Part shown: one piece after another, positions 6,639 through 14,153 of the stretch
Position numbering within the stretch: position 1 is the stretch's first letter
Layout of the letters: each line of letters opens with the position of its first letter
Assembly: GCA_021650915.1 (NCBI GenBank)
Contig: CP091279.1
Span: 1,080,001 to 1,112,000 of the forward strand
Length of the DNA stretch: 32,000 nucleotides
DNA from: Candidatus Brocadia sp.
GTDB taxonomy: Bacteria > Planctomycetota > Brocadiia > Brocadiales > Brocadiaceae
Direction of reading: 5' to 3'
Program-made: the position numbers and the translations under genes
The notes under the pieces: model-generated
What the model was told of the DNA's origin: nothing
The model's input: only the letters and a program-made list of their open reading frames with translations
The model's database searches: none

Positions 6639-9600
6639 TTGAGCAAAATTACCGAAAGCGATATTGAACAATATACCATTGAGGAATTAAAAACCCTGGG
6701 CTTTCAGTTCCTTCACGGGCCAGATATTGCTCCCGATGGTGAGTTTCCCGAACGGCAGGCTTATAGTGACATTGTTTTGGTGGGCAGGCTTAGGGCTGCC
6801 ATTCAAAGGCTTAATCCAAACATCCCTGCGGGTGCCAGGGAACAGGCACTTCGTGAAGTGCAGCGTATAAATTCACCTGAATTGCTTACCAATAATGAGT
6901 CATTTCACCATTTCCTTACCGATGGTGTTCCAGTTACTTATCGTTCTCCTCTCCCTCTGGGAGAGGTTGGGAGAGGGTCTGATGAAAAATCAGATTACGT
7001 CTGGCTCATCGATTTTAACAATCCTCTCAACAATGAATTTCTGATGGTCAATCAGTACACGGTCATTGAGAACAACCAGAACAAACGGCCTGATATTTTA
7101 CTCTTTGTCAATGGCATTCCCTTAGTGCTGATTGAATTAAAAAATCCAGCAGATGAAAATGCTACCATCAAAAAGGCCTTTGACCAGATACAAACCTACA
7201 AGGCGACTATTCCAAGTCTTTTTACCTTCAACGCCTTTTGTGTTATTTCTGATGGTCACGAATGCAAGGCTGGCAGCACTTCGGCGGGTTACAATCGTTT
7301 TATGGCATGGAAGCTTGCAAACGGCAAAAAAGAGGTTTCAAAGTTTGTACCGGAGTTAGAAATCCTCATACAAGGGATGCTAAATCCCATCACCTTATTA
7401 GACCTTGTTCGCAACTTCATCGTATTTGAAAAATCTATTTCTACGAAACCCTCACCCTTACATCCCTCTCCCAGTGGGAGAGGGAACGCGGGAGAGGGTT
7501 CTGTCTTACAGATTGAAACGGTGAAGAAGGTGGCAGCCTATCATCAATATTATGCGGTCAATAAGGCTATCGAAAGTACCCTGCGGGCGGCAGGGTACTT
7601 TCAACCCTCCCTCAGTCCCTCCCAAAAGGAGGGAATCAATGCCTCTCCCTTTGTGAGAGATACAAGAGAGGGTGTTTGTAGAGAGAGTCATTATAGAGGT
7701 GGTTTGGTGTTTTCCGGGTTACTCAATAAGGCAAAAGAGTTAAGAAAAAAACAAACTCCGGCGGAAGAAGTGTTTTGGCAATTAGTGCGCGACAAAAAAT
7801 TCTTTGGTCTAAAATTCCGAAGACAACACCAGATTGGACCTTACATTGTTGACTTTTACTGCCACGAACATAAACTGATTGTTGAATTAGATGGAGAAAT
7901 TCATCAAATAGAAGGACAGCAAAAACATGATACAACGAAGGATAAATATCTTACCTCATTAGGAAACAAAGTTATTCGTTTCGCCAATAATGAGATTTTA
8001 ACCCAAACAGATAAAACCCTTGAAAAAATAGCCAATCTCCTCTCCCTTTGGGAGAGGTCGGGAGAGGGTAACGTAGGCAATAAAAAAGCAGGAGTTATTT
8101 GGCATACACAGGGTTCTGGGAAAAGCCTGAGCATGGTGTTTTATGCGGGCAAACTGATTACATCCGAGGCGATGCAAAATCCCACTATTGTTGTTATCAC
8201 TGACCGTAATGACCTGGATGACCAGTTGTTTGACACCTTTGCATCTTCAAAACAGTTGTTGAGGCAAGAGCCGGTGCAGGCAAGAGACAGGGAGGATTTG
8301 AAAGACCTGTTGAAAGTGGCTTCCGGCGGCATTGTGTTCACTACTATTCAAAAGTTTTTACCAGAAGCAGGTAAGGCAGCATACGATCGGCTTTCTGACA
8401 GGGACAACATCGTTGTTATAGCGGATGAAGCCCACAGAACCCAATATGGCTTTGAGGCAAAGTTGCATGACGAAAGAGACAAGGACACCAAAGAGGTCAT
8501 TGGAAAACGCATAGCCTACGGCTTTGCCAAGTATATGAGAGATGCCTTACCCAATGCGACTTACATTGGTTTTACCGGCACACCCATTGAAAGCACAGAC
8601 GTAAACACCCCGGCAGTATTTGGGCAGTATGTTGACATATACGATATTTCACAATCAGTCGCCGATGGCGCCACCGTTAAGATTTATTACGAAAGCCGTC
8701 TGGCAAAGGTCAATCTGGATGAAGAAGGCAGACGGTTGATTGAGGAGTTTGATAAAGAGCTTGAAGAAGATGAGGAAATAACCGACAAGCAAAGGGCTAA
8801 AGCCAAGTGGACAAAGCTTGAGGCCATTGTAGGCAATCAGGAAAGGATAAAAAACCTGGCCAGGGATATTGTTACTCATTTTGAGCAGCGTCAAGCGGTA
8901 TTTGATGGTAAGGCTATGATTGTAGCGATGAGTCGCAGGATTGCAGTTGACCTCTACAATGAGATCATCAAGTTAAGACCGGAGTGGTATAATGACGACC
9001 TGACCAAGGGCGTAATCAAAGTTATTATGACTGCATCCAGTGCCGATGGCCCTGTTATGCAGAAGCAGCACACCACGAAAACACAACGCAAGGCTTTATC
9101 TGATAGAATGAAAGACCCGGCAGACCCCTTGAAACTGGTTGTTGTTCGGGATATGTGGCTTACGGGTTTTGATGCGCCTTGTTTGCATACGCTTTATGTA
9201 GATAAACCCATGAGAGGTCACAATCTGATGCAAGCCATAGCACGGGTAAACAGGATATTCAAAGACAAACCCGGTGGTTTAGTGGTGGATTATTTAGGCA
9301 TTGCAACTGACCTCAAAAAGGCATTGGCCTTCTATGCCGATTCAGGGGGAAAAGGCGATCCGGCAGAGAGCCAGGAAAAGGCCGTTGAGATGTTTATTGA
9401 AAAATTGGAGGTAGTACGCCAACTCTTCCTTGAAGAAAGCAAAACAAAAGAAGTTATCCTTGCCGCAGAACCTACCGCTTATTATGGCAACTATCCGGGA
9501 ACAGGCTTTAATTACAAGCGTTTCTTTTCAGCGTCACCCAAAGAAAAACTTTCGATCATCTTGCAGGCAGAGGAACATATTTTGGGTCTGGCAGATGGTA

Positions 9601-10214
9601 AGAACCGTTTTATCAATGAGGTAACATTGCTTAGTAAGGCTTTTGCCTTGTCCATACCTCACGAAAAAGCATTGGCGGTAAAAGATGAAGTTGCATTCTT
9701 TCAGGCTGTAAAGGCACGGCTTGTAAAGTTTATAAGCGACGGCACAGGCAGGTCAGATATAGATATCGAGACGGCCATAAAGCAGATAATCGACGAGGCA
9801 TTGAGTTCAGACCAGGTTGTAGATATTTTTGATGCAGCAGGTATAAAAAAGCCTGAGATATCCATTTTGTCTGAGGAATTTTTGTTAGAGATACAGGGAA
9901 TGAAGCATCAGAACCTTGCCCTTGAATTGTTGAAGCGAATCCTCAATGACGAAATCAGAAGCCGTTCAAAAACTAACCTGGTGAGAAGTAAGGCATTGCT
10001 TGAAATGCTTGAGACCACCATCAAAAAGTATCAGAACAATTTGCTTTCAGCCGCCGAAATTATTCAGAAATTGATTGAGTTAGCCAGAGAGATCAAGACA
10101 GAAGACCGAAGAGGTGTAAAACTTGGTTTGTCCGAAGATGAATTGGCTTTCTACGATGCGTTGGAGACGAACAACAGTGCAGTTCAGGTTTTAGGTGATG
10201 AACGGCTCAGATTG
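6639..10214 (+). CDS. hsdR: Type I restriction endonuclease subunit HsdR, 5' exon. It carries in-frame insertions and is interrupted by a group II intron; the exon end is approximate.
   Basis: TTG start. The N-terminus is [24 protein letters not shown]. The nuclease-core region is [20 protein letters not shown]. Helicase motifs are [13 protein letters not shown] (I), [13 protein letters not shown] (II), IGFTGTP (III) and QAIARVNR (VI). HsdR homology ends at ...[24 protein letters not shown], and the ORF then runs 9 more codons into the intron to a TGA at 10239-10241. Confidence 0.9.
6948..6978 (+). repeat. 31-nt palindromic mini-element, copy 1, in frame inside hsdR
   Basis: Sequence CCTCTCCCTCTGGGAGAGGTTGGGAGAGGGT, translated as [12 protein letters not shown]. 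It interrupts the conserved ...PVTYR / ...YVWLIDF N-terminal region. Confidence 0.85.
7464..7499 (+). repeat. 36-nt palindromic mini-element, copy 2, in frame inside hsdR
   Basis: Sequence CCCTCTCCCAGTGGGAGAGGGAACGCGGGAGAGGGT, translated as [13 protein letters not shown]. It contains a perfect 9-bp hairpin, CCCTCTCCC/GGGAGAGGG. Confidence 0.85.
7642..7673 (+). repeat. Degenerate copy 3 of the palindromic mini-element, at the left edge of the DUF559 module
   Basis: Sequence CCTCTCCCTTTGTGAGAGATACAAGAGAGGGT. It has the same ends as the other copies, but the G-rich arms are decayed. Confidence 0.6.
7731..8035 (+). other. DUF559 (Vsr-like/restriction-endonuclease-fold) domain encoded in frame inside hsdR
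   Basis: [59 protein letters not shown]...[19 protein letters not shown] matches the DUF559 pattern (R..T.aE..LW..Lr...f.RQ..ig.yivDF.c....l.iElDG..H). It sits between the conserved [13 protein letters not shown] segment and helicase motif I. Confidence 0.8.
8039..8069 (+). repeat. 31-nt palindromic mini-element, copy 4, at the right edge of the DUF559 module
   Basis: Sequence CCTCTCCCTTTGGGAGAGGTCGGGAGAGGGT, translated as [12 protein letters not shown]. Confidence 0.85.
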
Positions 10215-12214
10215 GCGTGCCTTGAAGTATGGGATACCTGAGTGGTTGAAAATATCACCTCTGCGAGCCTAAATCCTCGTAGAGAAGTTTGTACCTATGC
10301 GTATACAAAGGAGCAATCCGTGTGCGTAGAAGGATAGCGTATTCCCGTGAGGGGTATGACGGAGTTACGAGGTACAGACGACCTTTTGGGGTGTATGAAT
10401 ATGGCGTGTTAGTTCGTGCCAACTGCCCTTTCTCAGTAAAGCACTGACAAATGTCCTTGTTGGAGATGATGCAAGCGATTCGGTGAAAACATCTCTGGAT
10501 AATGCGTTTGAACATACATCACGAAGGGAAAAGGGGTAATCCATATGACCGGGGGAGGACTTACGTCTTGGGAAGAAATTCCCTAACAGCGAGGTATAAG
10601 GGAAATCCGAAATCCAAGCTGTATGAGATGGTGACGGACGACTGGCTCTCACAGGTCTGTCTTTGAAGTCGTCAGCAGTGCTCATAATAGTTTCTGGTGT
10701 AAGCCGGAAATGAAGGGGCATAACCGTAGTGGAGTTGATGAAAGTGGTAGATTGAATACGTTCCATGAGAAAAGAGACTCTTTGCATGGGCAAGTAGTAG
10801 CAAGAGCCTCTCTTGTTTTGCCTCTGTCAGGAGGAATCTCGACTCAGGAAACACGATTGACAAGTCTATTATCCGGAATCAATCAAAAGGAACATATCGG
10901 GAGATGCTTAAGTATCATTCTTTAAGAGACAAGGTATTCAGTCTGAGAAACCTTTATGCGGCTTTTGGGCACGTAAAGAAGAATAAAGGCAAGGCTGGTC
11001 TCGACAGGGTAAGTATTAAGCAGTTTGAAAGTGACCTTGAGAATAATCTACAAGCTATTCACAAGGAACTGAAAACCGCCATATACAACCCTGCGCCCGT
11101 CTTAAGGGTCTACATTCCCAAAGGCAGGCATGACAAGAGACCTCTTGGCATTCCCATTGTCAAGGACAGGGTAGTACAGCAGGCGTTCAGACAAATCATA
11201 GAGCCAATATTCGAGAAAGAATTCTCGGATAACAGCTTTGGATTTCGTCCAAACAGATGCTGTCATGATGCTATCAAACGGATTGAACAGTATAAGCAGC
11301 AAGGGTATCGGAACATTTTGGACGCCGATATAAAGGCGTTCTATGACACCATACCTCACAAGCTTATCATGAACTCCTTGCGTGAGAAAATCGCTGACGG
11401 ATGGGTGTTGAACAGTATCGAGAACATGCTCAAGGCAGGGGTCATGGAGAACGGCATCGTGCACGAGACAAATCAAGGCACTCCGCAAGGAGGCGTCATA
11501 TCCCCCTTGCTTGCAAACCTTATCGGTGACATCATCGACAAGGAGCTTGAAAAGGCAGGATATAAATTTGTCCGCTATGCCGATGACTTCATTGTCATGA
11601 CTAAAACAAAAGAAGAACTCCCTACCGCCCTTCAGTACGTCAAAGAAATCATCGAAGGGAAACTTGAAATGAAGCTGAGCGAGGATAAAACCAGGCTCAC
11701 CAACTTCAAACGAGGCTTCCGGTTTCTCGGATATAATTTCATGGGCAAGAACAAGGGTGTAAGCATGAAATCCCTGGACAAACTCAAGGACGCCGTTAGA
11801 GACATCACCAAACGCACACAAGGCGTCAACCTGCAAGCCGTCATTGATACATTAAATCCTGTCATAAGGGGACATGTCAACTATTTTCGGCTGGGCAATG
11901 TACAAACGGTATATCGCTCGTTAGACTGCTGGGTACGCATGAGACTGAGAAGTTTCAAGTTTTCGAGAAAATGGAAAACTGACAACAAACGTTTCCCGGT
12001 ACACCGATTCTTTAAGATGGGGTTACTCTCATTTGAAAGAGAATTTCTTAAGGCACGTGCGAAGGCATGATAGTTTACTTTTCTCTGCTCCAGAGCAACA
12101 CTATGGGGTCGCTAACTACGGGAAAGCCGTATGGTTTAAAAGGATACTTTGTCACGTTGTCCAAAGTATCTGGCGACGATTGGGGGTTGGAGGCGGTTCG
12201 CCTCCTTCCTACCA
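10215..12214 (+). mobile_element. Group II intron (~2.0 kb) inserted in the 3' part of hsdR; boundaries are good to about +/-6 nt
   Basis: An RT/maturase ORF lies inside it. HsdR homology stops at ~10211-10217 and resumes at ~12213-12218. About 690 nt of structured non-coding sequence precede the ORF. The 3' end is GGAGGCGGTTCGCCTCCTTCCTAC (a hairpin followed by a ..AC end). The 5' end reads GCGTGCC rather than a clean GTGYG. Confidence 0.75.
10904..12070 (+). CDS. Group II intron reverse transcriptase/maturase (no endonuclease domain)
   Basis: 388 aa. Motifs are RPLGIPIVKDRVVQQA (RT2), FGFRPNR (RT3), DADIKAFYDTIPH (RT4), GTPQGGVISPLLANL (RT4-5) and VRYADDFIV (RT5 YADD). The X/maturase region is LNPVIRGHVNYFRLGN. 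Confidence 0.95.
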   Translation: MLKYHSLRDKVFSLRNLYAAFGHVKKNKGKAGLDRVSIKQFESDLENNLQAIHKELKTAIYNPAPVLRVYIPKGRHDKRPLGIPIVKDRVVQQAFRQIIEPIFEKEFSDNSFGFRPNRCCHDAIKRIEQYKQQGYRNILDADIKAFYDTIPHKLIMNSLREKIADGWVLNSIENMLKAGVMENGIVHETNQGTPQGGVISPLLANLIGDIIDKELEKAGYKFVRYADDFIVMTKTKEELPTALQYVKEIIEGKLEMKLSEDKTRLTNFKRGFRFLGYNFMGKNKGVSMKSLDKLKDAVRDITKRTQGVNLQAVIDTLNPVIRGHVNYFRLGNVQTVYRSLDCWVRMRLRSFKFSRKWKTDNKRFPVHRFFKMGLLSFEREFLKARAKA

Positions 12215-12424
12215 GCTATTGCACGGGAAATTGCGGAGAAGGTAAAGGCCAATGCAACGATAGATTGGACTATTCGGGAAAGTGCCAGGGCAAAGCTGAT
12301 GGTACTGGTAAGAAGAACTTTAAACAAATACGGGTATCCACCAGACAAGCAGCAAAAGGCAATTGACACCGTTTTGAAACAAGCAGAGGTACTGGCGGAT
12401 TACGTTGTTCGAGTCAAAGGATAA
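12215..12424 (+). CDS. hsdR: hsdR 3' exon (conserved HsdR C-terminal region); start approximate
   Basis: [63 protein letters not shown] is the conserved type I R-subunit C-terminus that normally follows ..LGDE.L... In-frame junctions exist, for example 10214|12215. Confidence 0.85.
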   Translation, partial: AIAREIAEKVKANATIDWTIRESARAKLMVLVRRTLNKYGYPPDKQQKAIDTVLKQAEVLADYVVRVKG

Positions 12425-12477
12425 TACGTTACTACTATCGTTAGCTAAGGCGGTATTTAGGGGATCGCAATTGAAAA

Positions 12478-12711
12478 TGCGCAGACGCATATAGTATTAC
12501 TGTATGAAAACTTCTTTTTTTTGTAAGGTTTTTCACAAACCACTTTCAGGAGGTGCCGTTTTTTATGAGGGAAAGATTGCTTCGCTTCACTCGCAATGAC
12601 AACATGCAGTGTACCATCAGAGTGCATGGCCGGTGTCATTGCGAGGGCCTTTTCCGAAGCAATCTCCCCGCTTTCATAAAGGAAATTTGGTTGCGGCTGT
12701 GCCGCGCTATG
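12478..12711 (+). repeat. Solo copy of the ~220-bp hairpin repeat, same orientation as the 5370-5930 array
   Basis: Positions 12618-12711 are identical to 5838-5931 (GGCCGGTGTCATTGCGAGGGCCTTTTCCGAAGCAATCTCCCCGCTTTCATAAAGGAAATTTGGTTGCGGCTGTGCCGCGCTATG). The rest is more than 90 percent similar by eye. The hairpin is at 12574-12665. Confidence 0.9.
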
Positions 12712-12742
12712 TATAGTCTTTGCAAATTATGAAGTTCACGCT

Positions 12743-14149
12743 TTTGTTAGCAAATATTTGGTAGAGTAGAAAAAGAGAGACTTGGTTAAAGAAAAAGCCC
12801 TCCAAATATGGTAAAAAATAGTTTTGATACAAGAAACTAAACCATAAAGAGAAGGAGGGCTATATGGGAGCAACCCCATGCACAGATGGTATCACAATAG
12901 AATTTGGTTGTCAAATTCGGGTTGAATTAAAGGACGGCAGCCTGGAGTCGATTCTCAAGGCATTTTGCAAGATACTGCCGGAGATATTAAGGGATTTTAT
13001 TCAGAAGATCGTGGTTGGTTTTGGTGAGAGTGCGATGGCGCAATCACGGAAGCCATTTTGCTGCGACGAATGTGGGAATGACAAGGAGTTTATCTGGAAG
13101 ACGAGGCATGGAAAAGAGACGAAGATACTGACGGTCTTTCAGTGGTTGAGATTAGAGCAGTTGCAGGTGCAGTGCAAGAGGTGCGGTCATAAGATGTATA
13201 TAACGCGAAAGCTTCTGGGGATGGAGCGGATGAAGCGAATACCACCGGAGACGTATCGGAAGCTTGGGCTGGTAGGATCGTTAACGACCTACCGGGTAGC
13301 GAAGAAGATCGTGTCGATGTTTGGCTGGACAGTAGACAAGATGACGATATGGAAATCGGTACAAAAGACGGCAGCAGAGATAGATTTTCAACTCGACGAG
13401 AAGGGACTTCCCCTGGGAGAAGCAGACGGGACAGGGGTAGGGATTAAGGGGATAGCCAAACGAGGCAAGGAACTCAAGGTCTTTGTGCAATACAAGAGCG
13501 GTGGAGGGGTGAGAGTGGCAGGGCTTGACATAGGGGATTACAACGGTAGTTGGGATAAGCTTTTTGGTAAGAGTGTTAAGGTGTTCAGGAAGTTTTCCCG
13601 GTTTCTTTTGATAACCGATGGAGACACCTCTATTTTGGATAGTTTGAAAGGGAAGATCAAGGTGCTTGTACAGAGATGTTTGTGGCATATTCCGTATCAG
13701 GCAAAGTATGTATTGTGGCAAGATGGGGTCAAGAGCAAGGGGAAAGAATGGCTGGAGGTGATGTCGGAGCTTATGGAGGTCTGTGCGATACGGCCATTGG
13801 TTGATTGTCAGAAGACCATCGAGAAAATGATAGAGTCCAAGAGGAAACGATTGGATGCGGTGATTCAGCATTGTTTGTCGAAGGGATATGCTCATACCGC
13901 ATCCTATCTTGAGAATGCCAGGCCTGATATGTTTACGGCGATAGAAAAGAGGCTCAATGGCAGAACGACAAGTAAAGTAGAGCGCGTCATGCGTACGGTT
14001 AACCTGCGGGTGAATGTGAGCAAATGGAGTGTTGCTGGGGCGCTGAACGTTACCAAAATTCGGCTTGCCTATTACTACAACGGCTTTGATGCGTGACAAC
14101 TATACATTGGAGGACTTTTCTCAGGTCTCCACTTGACAACGCTACTAAA
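12743..14149 (+). mobile_element. Insertion sequence, copy 1 (intact). The right end is defined by comparison with copy 2; the left end is only estimated.
   Basis: It is near-identical to the inverted copy at 30700-32000, and identity stops at ...CACTTGACAACGCTACTAAA (14149). The left end is guessed from a weak terminal inverted-repeat match (TTTTGTTAGC at ~12742 versus TTTAGTAGC). Confidence 0.7.
12864..14096 (+). CDS. IS transposase, probably DDE-type, with an N-terminal zinc ribbon. Family not assigned; possibly ISLre2/ISKra4-like, at low confidence.
   Basis: 410 aa. A GGAGGG RBS precedes it. The zinc ribbon is CCDECG...CKRCG. Candidate acidic catalytic residues lie in EADGTGV and LLITDGDTS. 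A second, almost identical copy exists in the window. Confidence 0.8.
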   Translation: MGATPCTDGITIEFGCQIRVELKDGSLESILKAFCKILPEILRDFIQKIVVGFGESAMAQSRKPFCCDECGNDKEFIWKTRHGKETKILTVFQWLRLEQLQVQCKRCGHKMYITRKLLGMERMKRIPPETYRKLGLVGSLTTYRVAKKIVSMFGWTVDKMTIWKSVQKTAAEIDFQLDEKGLPLGEADGTGVGIKGIAKRGKELKVFVQYKSGGGVRVAGLDIGDYNGSWDKLFGKSVKVFRKFSRFLLITDGDTSILDSLKGKIKVLVQRCLWHIPYQAKYVLWQDGVKSKGKEWLEVMSELMEVCAIRPLVDCQKTIEKMIESKRKRLDAVIQHCLSKGYAHTASYLENARPDMFTAIEKRLNGRTTSKVERVMRTVNLRVNVSKWSVAGALNVTKIRLAYYYNGFDA

Positions 14150-14153
14150 TATT

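Noticed and set aside
10255-10925. ORFs of 63-142 aa on both strands between the hsdR 5' exon and the RT gene
   Set aside because: They lie in the structured 5' ribozyme part (domains I-III) of the group II intron. They have no coding signatures or motifs.
12033-12369. ORFs 12033-12245, 12067-12366 and 12136-12369 (-), and the first ~22 codons of ORF 12149-12424
   Set aside because: They span the intron 3' end. Only the portion from ~12215 onward matches HsdR, so 12149-12424 is the hsdR 3' exon rather than an independent gene.
13281-14099. 272-aa antisense ORF in IS copy 1, and its counterparts at 30750-31121 and 31129-31569 in copy 2
   Set aside because: These are shadow ORFs opposite the transposase gene. 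They are Pro/Arg/His-rich with no motifs, and in copy 2 they are broken by the same indel.
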